This document shows, piece after piece, positions 40,780-51,566 of a stretch of DNA of 64,000 bases. Within the stretch, counting starts at the first letter, position 1. Each line of letters opens with the position of its first letter. A program made the position numbers and the translations under genes. Origin of the DNA: Verrucomicrobiota bacterium. GTDB lineage: Bacteria > Verrucomicrobiota > Verrucomicrobiia > Limisphaerales > AAA164-E04. The stretch spans positions 5,344,001-5,408,000 of the forward strand of contig CP170459.1 of NCBI GenBank assembly GCA_047947115.1. The letters run 5' to 3'. A model generated the notes under the pieces. It saw nothing but the letters and a program-made list of their open reading frames with translations, searched no databases and was not told the DNA's origin.

Positions 40780-41124
40780 GTAGGGACGCGCTGCAGCGTG
40801 TCCGTCAGCGTGCCCGAACCACGTCACTGGCGCTCCCTCAACCACAACGCGCTCACGGCTCCGCGGCAGCGGAGCCCTACCACCCAAGGCGCCCTGCACC
40901 GGTAGGGACGCGCTGCCGCGCGTCCGCCAACGTGCCCGCACCACGCCACTGGCACTCCCTCAACCACAATGCGCTCACGGCTCCGTGGCAGCGGAGCCCT
41001 ACCACCCAAGGCGCCCTGCGACGGTAGGGACGCGCTGCCGCGCGTCCGCCAACGTGCCCGCACCACGCCGCTGGCATTCCCTCAACCACAACGCGCTCAC
41101 GGCTCCGCGGCAGCGGAGCCCTAC
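40780..41124. repeat. REP doublet cluster 2: three tandem units, 122-bp period
   Basis: GTAG-GGACGCGC-TGCC-GCGCGTCC ... GGCTCCGC-GGCA-GCGGAGCC-CTAC, starting at 40780, 40902 and 41024. Confidence 0.93.
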
Positions 41125-41185
41125 CAGCCCCCCCCAGATCAACGCTTGGCACATGGCTGGCATCATGGCAGGATGGGGCCACAAA

Positions 41186-43402
41186 ATGATCAACCGATTC
41201 ATTCATAACGCCGCCATCGTTTTCAGCAATTTGTTGCTGGGTTGCTTGGCGTGGAGCGCCGACCTTTCGCAAGCTGATTGGCAAATCGAACCGATCGATG
41301 CCAATGGAAGTATCTCTATTAATTACGACGTCAACATCGCCGTGGCTCATGGCGGGGTGAAAGTCAACCTGACAGATCCCTCGTTGGGTGGCGGATCGAT
41401 TCAGGCGGACCGGGTGACCATCGACATGGACACCCAGGAAGTCCTGGCCGAAGGCAATGTGACCATGCATCAAAATGGCGTTGTCTGGAGGGGCGAACGT
41501 CTCGAATACAATATCGCCACCAGAAGAATGGGCTCCGGCAGTTATCGTGCCGGTCAATCTCCATTCATCGCTTCAGGCACCGAACTCTCAATGGATCCCG
41601 AAACAGGCAGTTATCGCATCGGCAATGGATTTGTCTCCACGGACGACAACGAGAATCCAGCCATCAAGGTCAAGACAGGATCCCTTGAGGTGATCAATCA
41701 GGAACGATTTGTTGCCAAAAACGCAACGGTGTACGCCGGAAAAGTCCCGATTTTTTACCTGCCATATGTCAGTGGAAGTATGAACGGAGGAACAAGTCAA
41801 TTTAACACCACCCCCGGTTACCGTTCCCGTTATGGCGCCTACCTGCTGAACGAATACAACTGGCAGATGTCGGAAGACATCTCAACCACTTTCAAACTGG
41901 ATTACCGCACTTTAAGGGGATTGGCCGGTGGCGTGGATTTGGATTACCAGCTGGGTCCGGAGTTCGGGACAGGCACGATTCAATCCTACTATCTGGACGA
42001 TCGCCGGCCCGGCATTGATGCGCGCGGCAACCAGGTCACCAATGATCGCTTTCGATTGGGGTGGTTTCACATGGCGAATCTGACAACCAATCTGACCGCT
42101 CGCGTGTCGATTCAGAAACTGAGCGACCCACTGTTGAACCGTGATTTTTTTGAATCCTTTCATCGCCAGAACACTCAACCCAGATCCTATGTCGAGTTGA
42201 GTCAGCAATGGTCGAACTTCGCACTCTCCATCCTGGCGCAGCCCCAGGTGAATTCATTCCATAACCGGGTGGAACGGTTGCCGGAAATCAAGTTCACGGG
42301 ATTGCGCCAGCAAATCGGCGTCACTCCCTTGTTTTACGAAAGCCAGACCTCCGTCGGTTATTTTTCACGTGAATTCAGGTATGGCAATCAACCCAGCTTC
42401 GAGGCAACCCGCCTGGATTCATTCCATCAAGTACTGTATCCGAAAACCTACTTTGGCTGGTTGAACCTGACGCCCCGCATCGGCGGACGTTATGGCTATT
42501 ACTCGGAAACCTCCGGAACAGGAACCACCTTTAACGAGGAAACGCGTTTCGTGTTAAACACCGGCGCAGAGGCCTCCACCAAGATATCCCGTGTGTATCC
42601 ACAATATGAGAGCAGCTTGTTTGATGCGGACGGTCTTCGACACATCATCACGCCCTCGATTAACTACGTTTTCGTCCCCGAACCCAACGCCCGCCCGCTG
42701 AGCCTGCCTCAGTTCGATTATGAAATTGCCAGCCTGCGAATGTTGCCCATCGATTTCCCGGCGTTCAACTCCATAGACGCCATCGACACACGCAATGTGA
42801 TGCGAATGGGCATGCGCCACCAGTTACAAACCAAACGCGGCACCGAAGCGCTGGTGGAGAATCTTCTGGACTGGAATGTTTTCGCCGACTGGCGGTTAAA
42901 TACCGACCCAACCCAGGAAGATTTCGCGGACATGACATCCGACCTGAATTTCCGCCCTCGTTCCTGGATCAACATGGGCTCACAAGTCCGCTACAGCCTG
43001 GAGGACGGAGACACCCGCGTGGCCGACCAGAGCATTACCCTCCTGCCAAATAATGTCTGGAGCTTCCGGATCGGCCACATCTACATACGCGACGAACCCA
43101 CTTACTGGGGCAGCGGCAACAATGCATTCTACACACGCGCATACTACCGCCTGAACGAAAACTGGGGTGCAAGGGTCAACCACCAATATGAGGCCACCGA
43201 CGGAAGACTCGAAGAGCACTCCTACACGGTCTACCGCGACTTCCGCAGCTTCACCAGCGCCTTCAGCCTCCGGTTCCGCAATCCACGCGGCGGCCAGGAC
43301 AACGATTTCACCTTGGCTCTGGTACTGTCCATGAAAGCTTTCCCCAATGTTAAACTAGGAGAAGATTCCAACCAAACCGCGCACCTTTTTGATGGCAGGT
43401 AG
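41186..43402 (+). CDS. lptD: LPS assembly outer-membrane protein LptD
   Basis: Signal peptide, OstA-like N-domain (IQADRV...LAEGNV), VPIFYLPY, PGYRSRYG, ERLPE, beta-barrel composition. Start placed at ATG 41186 because the upstream extension is translated REP. Confidence 0.85.
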   Translation: MINRFIHNAAIVFSNLLLGCLAWSADLSQADWQIEPIDANGSISINYDVNIAVAHGGVKVNLTDPSLGGGSIQADRVTIDMDTQEVLAEGNVTMHQNGVVWRGERLEYNIATRRMGSGSYRAGQSPFIASGTELSMDPETGSYRIGNGFVSTDDNENPAIKVKTGSLEVINQERFVAKNATVYAGKVPIFYLPYVSGSMNGGTSQFNTTPGYRSRYGAYLLNEYNWQMSEDISTTFKLDYRTLRGLAGGVDLDYQLGPEFGTGTIQSYYLDDRRPGIDARGNQVTNDRFRLGWFHMANLTTNLTARVSIQKLSDPLLNRDFFESFHRQNTQPRSYVELSQQWSNFALSILAQPQVNSFHNRVERLPEIKFTGLRQQIGVTPLFYESQTSVGYFSREFRYGNQPSFEATRLDSFHQVLYPKTYFGWLNLTPRIGGRYGYYSETSGTGTTFNEETRFVLNTGAEASTKISRVYPQYESSLFDADGLRHIITPSINYVFVPEPNARPLSLPQFDYEIASLRMLPIDFPAFNSIDAIDTRNVMRMGMRHQLQTKRGTEALVENLLDWNVFADWRLNTDPTQEDFADMTSDLNFRPRSWINMGSQVRYSLEDGDTRVADQSITLLPNNVWSFRIGHIYIRDEPTYWGSGNNAFYTRAYYRLNENWGARVNHQYEATDGRLEEHSYTVYRDFRSFTSAFSLRFRNPRGGQDNDFTLALVLSMKAFPNVKLGEDSNQTAHLFDGR

Positions 43403-43420
43403 TTTCATTACCTGCCTATA

Positions 43421-45448
43421 ATGCGGGTATCCATGAACACCATTCGAGTTTCATACCGATTTGCAAAATACCAGTTTTGCACCATGGCCCTGCTGTGTAT
43501 TGGGATCGCCACGCATGCTCAAGAGACTCTTTCTCTCGCTTCACCCGACGGCAATATCCAGACTGAAATAACCCTCCCCCATCCCGGCAGCTCAAAGGAC
43601 CTTCATTGGTCGGCGAAACGGAATGAGAAACCTCTTCTGGAAAAGTGCGAAATTAACCTCTCCTCCCCAGAGCATGGCGATCTGTTGAAATCAGCAAAAT
43701 GGCTCTACTCAACAAGACGCTCACAGGATACTCGCATCCCTGTCCTCTTTGGGAAGTCCAGTCATGCGAATGACACCTTCAACGAATTACGGCTTGCTTT
43801 TACGGCAAAGGAAACACTTCAGGTTGATATTGTCTTCAGGTGCTATTCGAACGCTGTCGCTCTACGCTACGAAGTTAAATCCGACCAGGATCAGGAAAAG
43901 ATAATCATCTCGGATGAAGGAACCAGCTTCCAACTCGCGGGTAACCCGACAACCTTTGTCCAATACCTCGAGCATTACAAAACATCACACGAACACGAGG
44001 TCGATATCATCCCATACGACGCCATTCCATCCAATCAATTATTGGACACACCACTGACAGCATTCTGGTCGGACAAAAGCAGCGTGGCCATCACCGAATC
44101 CGCCCTGAGAAACTACGCAGGCATGGCGTTGATGCGTTCCGCACAAACCGGCGCTTTCGTCAGCAAACTTACCCCACGGCCAGACGGCAACAAAGTTGAA
44201 GCGACACTTCCACTCAAAACCCCATGGCGCGTCGTATTGATCGGCGATCAACCCGGTGACCTGCTGGAATCCAACACCCTTTACTGCCTGAACGAACCAT
44301 CCGCCATCGCTGACACATCCTGGATCAAACCGGACAGACTTACCTTTCACTGGTGGAACGGAGATGTTTACGACGGCAAACCCGGAGCATCCCCCCTGTC
44401 ATTTGAAACCAATAAGAAATACATTGATTTCTGCGCCCGAAACGGACTCCCGATCCACTCGATCACGTCCACCGAATCGCCAACTACCCCCTGGTATCAT
44501 CAATCCAAACGCGGTGTGGCGCCAGGGCCTGATACGAATGTCACGCGACCACTTGATGGGTTTGATTTACCCAGGATCATGGAATATGCGAAATCGAAAG
44601 GCATCCGCTTATGGACATGGGTACATCAGGCGGCCCTGCACGGTCGGGTTGAGGAAGCTTTTGCAGCGTTTGAAAAAATGGGTTGGTCAGGCATGATGGT
44701 GGATTTCATCGATCACGACGATCAGGACCACGTCAAATTCACCGAAGAAATCCTGAAAGCCGCCGCACGCCATCACATCCTGATCCATTTTCACGGAGTA
44801 TGGAAACCCACCGGACTGGAACTTACCTACCCAAACCTGATGAACCACGAAGGAGCTTTGAATCTGGAGTATCTCAAATGGAGCGACCGCTGCACACCCG
44901 AACATAATCTCCGGATGGCTTTTACCCGCTTGGTCGCAGGCCCCATGGATTATCACCTCGGCGGGTTTCGATCCCTGCCCGCCGATCAATTCAAACCACG
45001 TCAAATCGCGCCGCATGTCCTGGGAACACGCAGCCACATGCTGGCCATGTATGTGTGCTTTGACAATCCGGCCCCCATGATCGCCGATTACCCCACCGCC
45101 TACGAAGGCCAACCCGGTTTCGACTTCTTAAAAACCGTCCCCACCTGGTGGGATGAAACACGAGTCTTGCAAACTGAGGTTGGAGAATTACTGATTGTCG
45201 CCCGTCGCAAAGGCCGGGACTGGTATCTGGGCGGCATGTCCGGCAGTCAATCCCACCAAATCAAAATCCCCATGACTTTTCTCGGGTTGGGAAAATGGAA
45301 AGCAACCATTTGGGGTGACGCAACGGATTCAGAAACTAACCCGAATCATCTAAAAATTGAAACGCTATCCATCTCCGGCAAGGAATCTCTTTCTTTCCAC
45401 CTGGTTCAAGGCGGAGGGTTTGTGGCAGCATTTAAGACTGAAAATTGA
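43421..45448 (+). CDS. Glycoside hydrolase family 97
   Basis: LASPDG, TPWRVVLIG, SWIKP, YIDFC, FHG..KPTG, TRLVAGPMDY, PTWWDET, GGGF. Confidence 0.92.
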   Translation: MRVSMNTIRVSYRFAKYQFCTMALLCIGIATHAQETLSLASPDGNIQTEITLPHPGSSKDLHWSAKRNEKPLLEKCEINLSSPEHGDLLKSAKWLYSTRRSQDTRIPVLFGKSSHANDTFNELRLAFTAKETLQVDIVFRCYSNAVALRYEVKSDQDQEKIIISDEGTSFQLAGNPTTFVQYLEHYKTSHEHEVDIIPYDAIPSNQLLDTPLTAFWSDKSSVAITESALRNYAGMALMRSAQTGAFVSKLTPRPDGNKVEATLPLKTPWRVVLIGDQPGDLLESNTLYCLNEPSAIADTSWIKPDRLTFHWWNGDVYDGKPGASPLSFETNKKYIDFCARNGLPIHSITSTESPTTPWYHQSKRGVAPGPDTNVTRPLDGFDLPRIMEYAKSKGIRLWTWVHQAALHGRVEEAFAAFEKMGWSGMMVDFIDHDDQDHVKFTEEILKAAARHHILIHFHGVWKPTGLELTYPNLMNHEGALNLEYLKWSDRCTPEHNLRMAFTRLVAGPMDYHLGGFRSLPADQFKPRQIAPHVLGTRSHMLAMYVCFDNPAPMIADYPTAYEGQPGFDFLKTVPTWWDETRVLQTEVGELLIVARRKGRDWYLGGMSGSQSHQIKIPMTFLGLGKWKATIWGDATDSETNPNHLKIETLSISGKESLSFHLVQGGGFVAAFKTEN

Positions 45449-45497
45449 ACCGCGAAATCTATTGGAGATCCAGGCTTTTCCGGACTAGACTCCAGCT

Positions 45498-46691
45498 ATG
45501 CATTCACCTTTCAAGCACTACATCTTTTATCTATCCAGCCTGTTCCTTTATGTCACCTCCATTGCACAGGATCTGGACAATTCCATCGCAGAAGCCATAC
45601 AACCATTCTTGAAAGACCAGGTTGTCGCGGGAGCAGTCACTTTGGTCGGACGAGATGGCGGCATCACACATCTGGAAGCGCATGGCATGGCGGATAAAAA
45701 TCTTGGACGGAGCATGCAGGAGGAAGATCTTTTCTGGATCGCCTCCATGACAAAACCAATTATTGGGACGGCTATCTTGATCCTGCAAGATCATGGGAAA
45801 CTTCATGTCGATGACCTTGTTAAAAAACATCTGGCGGAATTTGACGACCTTTGGTTGTTGGAAAAACAAGACAAAGATCATCGCACCCTCAAACGTCCTG
45901 CCCGTGATATCACACTGAAGGATCTCCTGACGCATACAGCCGGCGTCCCGAACATTACGGAACCTCGCGCTCATTCAACACTCGGCGAAGTCGTCGCACA
46001 GGTATCCCAGCAACCGCTGCGATTCGAACCCGGCAGCAAGTGGAGTTACAGCAACTCAGGCATCAACACGCTTGGACGTGTAGTGGAAGTTATTTCAGGC
46101 ATGCCGCTGCCTCAATTCTTGAATGAAACCATCTTTCTCCCGTTGGGCATGCATCAAACCACCTTTTTCCCTACAAAAAAACAGGTCAAACGACTGGCAA
46201 GATCGTATCAAAAAAACAAAACAACTGGAGAACTTCAGCCAACCGACTTGTATTTTGTCAGAGGCAATCTATGGGATCGAAAACGAACGGTGCGCCCTTC
46301 GGGAGGGCTCTTTTCAACGGCGGAAGATTTGTATGCGTTTTACCAGATGATGCTGAACAAGGGTATTTATCGAGGCAAACGCATTCTCTCCGAAATTGCG
46401 GTGACACAATTGACTACCATTCAAACAGGCGATATCAAGACCGGGTTTACCGAAGGCATGAGTTGGGGACTGGGTTTTCAAGTGGTGAAAGATCCGCAAG
46501 GTGTGACGGAAATGCTTCACCCTGGCACTTTTGGTCACGGGGGAGCCTACGCAACACACAGCTGGGCAGATCCGGTCAACCAAACGATTTACATCTTACT
46601 GGTCCAAAGCCGAGGCATGCCCGGGGGAGACGGAGCCGAAATACGCCGAGCCTTCCAGCAAGCGGTCGTCGATTCGTTGAATGTGCGGTAG
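45498..46691 (+). CDS. Serine hydrolase of the beta-lactamase/class C family
   Basis: SMTK (SxxK), LLTHTAG, FEPGSKWSYSN, GHGG. Confidence 0.92.
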   Translation: MHSPFKHYIFYLSSLFLYVTSIAQDLDNSIAEAIQPFLKDQVVAGAVTLVGRDGGITHLEAHGMADKNLGRSMQEEDLFWIASMTKPIIGTAILILQDHGKLHVDDLVKKHLAEFDDLWLLEKQDKDHRTLKRPARDITLKDLLTHTAGVPNITEPRAHSTLGEVVAQVSQQPLRFEPGSKWSYSNSGINTLGRVVEVISGMPLPQFLNETIFLPLGMHQTTFFPTKKQVKRLARSYQKNKTTGELQPTDLYFVRGNLWDRKRTVRPSGGLFSTAEDLYAFYQMMLNKGIYRGKRILSEIAVTQLTTIQTGDIKTGFTEGMSWGLGFQVVKDPQGVTEMLHPGTFGHGGAYATHSWADPVNQTIYILLVQSRGMPGGDGAEIRRAFQQAVVDSLNVR

Positions 46692-46729
46692 GTTTGTCCG
46701 TGCACATCGGAACCATACGCCCTGCGCAG

Positions 46730-46962
46730 GTAGGGATGCGCTGCTGCGCGTCCGGTGGCGTGTCCGCTCAACGCAACAGACCTTCGCACCCCCCAACGCG
46801 CTCGCGGCTCCGCGGCAGCGGAGCCCTACCAAACCAGGCGCCCTGCGCCGGTAGGGATGTCCGCGATACATCGGGACTGCGCGTCCGGTGGCGTGTCGGC
46901 TCAACGCAGCAGACAATCGCACACCCCAACGCGCTCACGGCTCCGCGGTAGCGGAGCCCTAC
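46730..46962. repeat. REP doublet cluster 3: two units abutting the RAYT 3' end
   Basis: Units at 46730-46829 and 46851-46962 with the same GTAG...CTAC architecture. Confidence 0.92.
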
Positions 46963-47420
46963 CAGCGAATATCATGCACGCGCCCTTGATAGGGCCACTC
47001 TTCAGCCTTCGAAACCAACCATGCTCTCACTGGGTTTTGACGAACATATTGCCATTTATCACGATATCTCTCGCCATTTCGTAAGCGATGATGAAACCCT
47101 GATCGCTGAAATTTACCAAGTTCCAATCCCTCTTTGGTAAAGCGATCCTTCCAAAATGAAATCCAACGCTCGATTGCGACAGACAAATCATGGGGTGCAC
47201 AAAACAAATGTAAATGGTCGGGCATAAGTAAATAGTCACTGACCAGCCATGCTGCAGCTTGCTTCAACCAAATGGTATGCAGACGATTTTTAACTGAATC
47301 CTGAGCAAGCCACGGTTTTCGTTTCTCGGTACATACGGTAAGAAAAACCCAGTTTGGACCTGCATAAGATAGGTGAACACCTTTGGCTGGTGTTTTTCTA
47401 ATGGGACATTCTGAACTCAT
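46959..47420 (-). mobile_element. REP-associated tyrosine transposase (RAYT, Y1 HUH family)
   Basis: FLTVCT, LMPDHLH (HUH), FQRSGFHHRLR, YVRQNPVR (catalytic Tyr), EWPY; AT-richer than its neighbours and flanked by REPs on both sides. Confidence 0.92.
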
Positions 47421-47533
47421 CGTAACTGGTATTCTCCTGATAACGGTTAATGACTAAAAAATGAACGAAATATAGCGAGTGGCCTTCATATTTAAAAAAT
47501 GAAACCAGTGGAATCAAGAACGCCCTTGCGCAG

Positions 47534-47645
47534 GTAGGGATGTCCGCGATACATCGGGAATGCGCGTCCGGTGGCGTGTCCGCAAAACGCAACAGACCTT
47601 CGCACACCCCAACGCGCTCGCGGCTCCGCGGCAGCGGAGCCCTAC
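47534..47645. repeat. REP doublet cluster 4: single unit upstream of RAYT
   Basis: GTAGGGATGTCCGCGATACATCGGGAATGCGCGTCC...GGCTCCGCGGCAGCGGAGCCCTAC. Confidence 0.92.
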
Positions 47646-47667
47646 CAAACCCAGCGGCCTATCAAAC

Positions 47668-49050
47668 CTACTCGTAACTGGTGAAGGTTTTCCGTTCGGT
47701 TACCGGATACCAATCCTGAATATGCCCGGCCAATCGTTTGACAAGTTCCGGATGTTGTCCAGCAAGGTTGTTGGTCTCGGTAGGATCGGCTATGAGGTCA
47801 AAAAGTTGGGGCCGCTTCTCTGATCGAGGATGCGTGGTCTGGTAACGATTTACTTCGCCGTCATAGGTCAACAACAACTTCCATCGACCTTCTATGGTCC
47901 AACGATAGAGCAAGGACGCTTCTGGTTTTTCAATGTCCGCGATGTCGTGGGCGAAACCTTCCCCAAGTATATACGTGCGGGATATGGCATCTCCTTCGCG
48001 CAATGAGGACATCAGGTTCAGTCCTGGTAAACCATCAGGCTGACGAGCTCCCGCTGCGTCAAGAATGGTTGGCACCAAGTCTATACTACTGACCAATTCA
48101 GGACGGTCAGCTGGTTTCATTGTTTTCGGCCAGTTGAACATGATTGGCGTACGAATCCCCCCCTCGTAGGGAGTTTGTTTGGATCGCGGAGCATATCCGC
48201 CGCGCTCAGGGCTTTGAATCCATCCGTTGTCCGTGACGTAAACAACCATGGTATTGTCTCTTACACCCCGGTCATCAAGAATTCCCAGCAATTCACCACA
48301 GGTTTCATCGAACCATTCGCACATGGCGTAATACCTTGCCACGTGAGGTGAAGCCACTTTGTCTTTATATTTGCTGAAAAGTCGTTCAGGTGGATTATGG
48401 GGTGTGTGGGGCAGGAAAGGTGCATACCAGAGGAAAAACGGTTTTTTTTCCTCAACGGCATGTCCGACAAAATCCCGGATGGGTTTCAGTCCCTCGCGAC
48501 CAATTTTCAACCCGTCATCCCCATGCCGACCTCCGGGTTTAGGAAATCCCCGGGTCATCCCATGAGTAAATCCTCCATGACTATATTTCCCTTCCCACCA
48601 CTTGCCACTTTGGTGACTGAGATAGCCTTGTTCACCCAACAGCTCAGGCAGGGCATCAAACTTTTCAATGTAGGAAATCAATTGAGCGCGTCGTGCATTG
48701 TATAAGTCCGAATCACGCTCGGCGTATTTGGGGGAAGGATCGTTGCCCGTAACACCGTGTCGATGCGCATACTGCCCGGTGGCAAGGGTCATGAGCGATG
48801 GACGACATAATGCCGTAGGCACGTAGCCACGGCGAAAAAGCACGCTTTGTTCGGCAAGTTTGTCCAAGTGAGGTGTCTGAATCAGGTCATGCCCCATGAA
48901 CCCGTAATCCGTCCAGGCCTGATCATCCGAAATGATCAAAACGATGTTGGGTTTCTCTGCCGCCAAAGCTGGAGAAGGTTTCAAACAAATCCCCCCCCCG
49001 ATCAAAGCACAACACAACCAAAGGAAAAAACGGAAACAATTGGATCTCAT
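47668..49050 (-). CDS. Sulfatase family protein
   Basis: PNIVLIISDD, LCRPSL..L.TG, GKWW, PHTPH, TDNG, YEGGIRTP. Confidence 0.92.
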   Translation of the reverse strand: MRSNCFRFFLWLCCALIGGGICLKPSPALAAEKPNIVLIISDDQAWTDYGFMGHDLIQTPHLDKLAEQSVLFRRGYVPTALCRPSLMTLATGQYAHRHGVTGNDPSPKYAERDSDLYNARRAQLISYIEKFDALPELLGEQGYLSHQSGKWWEGKYSHGGFTHGMTRGFPKPGGRHGDDGLKIGREGLKPIRDFVGHAVEEKKPFFLWYAPFLPHTPHNPPERLFSKYKDKVASPHVARYYAMCEWFDETCGELLGILDDRGVRDNTMVVYVTDNGWIQSPERGGYAPRSKQTPYEGGIRTPIMFNWPKTMKPADRPELVSSIDLVPTILDAAGARQPDGLPGLNLMSSLREGDAISRTYILGEGFAHDIADIEKPEASLLYRWTIEGRWKLLLTYDGEVNRYQTTHPRSEKRPQLFDLIADPTETNNLAGQHPELVKRLAGHIQDWYPVTERKTFTSYE

Positions 49051-49185
49051 GCGCGCAGTTCTACACCAAAAACCCGAATCATTCCACCCGATAATTGCCC
49101 CCTTGCAATGGCACTATTTTTTCCTGAAGGAGACTACACTCTAAATAGCCGAGCCGCCCCCTTTTCAGGAAATGCCGCCACAGTT

Positions 49186-49812
49186 TCACTGTTCATCATG
49201 GAAGGATTTCAATCCTTTGGGCGTTTCAAGAAGGGTGTTCAGAACGATGGCAGATCGAAGCTGTTTGCGATGACGCAGCCATTGTCGAATCTGCCTGCTG
49301 TTGGTTCCAAAACCGGCGAACTGAGGGGTGGCGGCGTCCTTTTTTGGATGTTTCTGCGTACGATCAGCTTTCCGTCGGGCTTCGCGAAGTTTTTGGGCTG
49401 CTTCCTTTTTCTTGCGCTCAATGTCAGCCAGTTTCTTCTGGTGAACCTGCACCGGATCTGAAATACGGGGAACACCTGTCTCGATCAAAGGCTCAGCTTG
49501 AACAGGACCACCCTGCCGCCGGGATGGTTCGTCGTCCAGCACTTCCACAAGAGGTCGATCTTCGGTCAGTCTGCGTAATTCCTTCTCCAACTGTTCAAAC
49601 AAGGAACCCGCCTTCCGCTTGCCCTGCACTTCACCTTGTCCGGATGGTGGACGCGCGCCATTTCCCGGGCGAACCGGACGAGTGGGCGGGGCTGGAACGG
49701 AATCATCGCCCCCTTTGGCGGCACGACGTTTGGTCAACCATTCCGACACCGCCGATAGAAGGGCGATGATCAGAAAGATAAAGAAACCGTTGTCGAGAAA
49801 GCCTAACATCAC
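49186..49812 (-). CDS. Membrane-anchored hypothetical protein (YqfB-like position)
   Basis: N-terminal TM helix and C-terminal LRSAIVLNTLLETPKGL; lies downstream of floA. Confidence 0.65.
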   Translation of the reverse strand: MMLGFLDNGFFIFLIIALLSAVSEWLTKRRAAKGGDDSVPAPPTRPVRPGNGARPPSGQGEVQGKRKAGSLFEQLEKELRRLTEDRPLVEVLDDEPSRRQGGPVQAEPLIETGVPRISDPVQVHQKKLADIERKKKEAAQKLREARRKADRTQKHPKKDAATPQFAGFGTNSRQIRQWLRHRKQLRSAIVLNTLLETPKGLKSFHDEQ

Positions 49813-49869
49813 GCTGAACCGCTAAGTAATCGTCTGCGTTGGTTCAATCCTAAGAAACAGCGGCAAAGT

Positions 49870-50895
49870 TTAATCATTACTGATAGATGAATCCGGACGA
49901 CTGTCGTCCTTGCCAATGGAATCCCTCATGCTGGTATCGGCCTGGATATTTCGCAAACGATAATAGTCCATCACTCCGAGGTTGCCTGAACGGAACGCCT
50001 CTGCAATGGCGAGTGGCACCTGAGCTTCGGCCTCCACCACTCGGGCACGCATTTCTTCCACTCGAGCAACCATCTCTTGCTCGGTCGCCACTGCGGCGGC
50101 GCGACGGACTTCGGCCTGGGCCTGAGCGATGAGCTTATTGGCATCAGCCTGTTCAGCCTGCAACTTGGCGCCTACGTTTCCACCAACATCCACATCGGCG
50201 ATATCAATAGACAGGATTTCGAAAGCCGTGTTACTGTCGAGCGACTTGCCCAATACGGTCTTGGAGATGCGATCTGGATTTTCCAAAACATCCTTGTAGG
50301 AGTCGGAGGAACCGATGGTGGAAACAATTCCCTCACCTACACGAGCCACGATGGTCTCCTCGGTGGCCCCCCCCACGAAACGATCCAGGTTGGTGCGAAC
50401 CGTGACACGCGCTTTGGCTTTGATAACAATACCGTCCTTGGCCACCGCATCAATCGTTCCTTTACCCACACTCGAACTTGGACAATCGATCACACGCGGA
50501 TTGACGGATGTTTTAACGGCTTCGATAACATTTTTCCCGGTCCCTTTGGTCGCCAGATCAATCGCGCATGCCCGATCAAACTCCAAACGAATATTGGCTT
50601 TGCGAGCGGCGATCAAAGCTTGCACCACCATATCGATGCTCCCTCCCGCAAGATAGTGTGTAGAAAGGTCATCAATTGAGAGTGGCAAGCCGGATTTGAT
50701 AGCTGTGATACGCACATTCACCAGCATGCCCACCGGAACATTTCGCAGTCTCAAGGCGATGAGTTCAGTGTAGGACACACGCGCACCAGAAAATAATGCC
50801 CGCAACCAAATGCTGAAAAAATTGATTAAAAGCAGTGCGCCCACCAATAGGATGACGCCGCCCAATCCATACAAAAAAATGTCCATCGGATTCAT
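49870..50895 (-). CDS. floA: Flotillin-like protein FloA (UPF0365)
   Basis: [65 protein letters not shown]. Confidence 0.93.
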   Translation of the reverse strand: MNPMDIFLYGLGGVILLVGALLLINFFSIWLRALFSGARVSYTELIALRLRNVPVGMLVNVRITAIKSGLPLSIDDLSTHYLAGGSIDMVVQALIAARKANIRLEFDRACAIDLATKGTGKNVIEAVKTSVNPRVIDCPSSSVGKGTIDAVAKDGIVIKAKARVTVRTNLDRFVGGATEETIVARVGEGIVSTIGSSDSYKDVLENPDRISKTVLGKSLDSNTAFEILSIDIADVDVGGNVGAKLQAEQADANKLIAQAQAEVRRAAAVATEQEMVARVEEMRARVVEAEAQVPLAIAEAFRSGNLGVMDYYRLRNIQADTSMRDSIGKDDSRPDSSISND

Positions 50896-50985
50896 TTAGT
50901 TCTTTCTAAGGAAAACCTGTTTATTGCTTACAAACGCTACACTAACCACAAAACCCACCCACTGCAAAGGGAACCGGGAAAAACA

Positions 50986-51453
50986 TTAATCTTCCTCGTC
51001 CCTGCGAACAACCACCCGCATCCCCTCGACGTCCATCACTTTGACCCGTGTGTCCTGATCGATCATACCCCCTTCAGTCACTACATCCACTTTGGTCCCA
51101 TTCAACAGTCGCACGGCTCCACAAGGCCTCAGGTGGGAAAGGGCGATTCCTTTTTGCCCGATCCATTCAGTATGCTCGTTTCCAATATCTCCAATAGTGC
51201 TTTTGGAAACAAACCGTTGTGCCACTTTACTCTTTGGAAACCAGGCCATCCACGCGAAGAACTCAATCCCCCCCAACACCACGATGCCAAAGGCAATGTA
51301 ATGCTGTGTTGGATCGTCATAATGCTGATATCCATAGGCAATGGCAGCCAAATAGCACAACCCGCCAAGCAATCCTGCGATCATGCCTGGCAAAAAGATT
51401 TCCGCCAACAGTAGCAGGCTTCCCACGACCAACAATGTGAGGATGATGGACAT
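50986..51453 (-). CDS. NfeD-family membrane protein
   Basis: AEIFLPG plus TM helices and an OB-fold C-terminus (G.ALSHLRPCG...DVVTEG...VVVR). Confidence 0.88.
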   Translation of the reverse strand: MSIILTLLVVGSLLLLAEIFLPGMIAGLLGGLCYLAAIAYGYQHYDDPTQHYIAFGIVVLGGIEFFAWMAWFPKSKVAQRFVSKSTIGDIGNEHTEWIGQKGIALSHLRPCGAVRLLNGTKVDVVTEGGMIDQDTRVKVMDVEGMRVVVRRDEED

Positions 51454-51566
51454 GCCTTAATCTAGAACCGCCCTTCGAGAGAAACAAGATCCAAAAACCA
51501 ACATAATCCCCGACATCTTCCAATAAACATTGCAAAAATCGACTCGGCTCTCTATCCCTAGTCCCC

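Noticed and set aside
40780..41124. Tandem repeats as a CRISPR array
   Set aside because: Units are ~122 bp with near-identical spacers and GTAG palindromes, no cas genes are present, and a RAYT explains them.
40985..41185. N-terminal extension of LptD in the ORF track, and other small ORFs over REP clusters (20442-20906, 40732-41208, 46589-47084)
   Set aside because: These are translations of GC-rich REP DNA; the LptD signal peptide begins at 41186.
45498..46691. Antibiotic-resistance beta-lactamase
   Set aside because: Generic SxxK serine hydrolase family; nothing indicates beta-lactam specificity.
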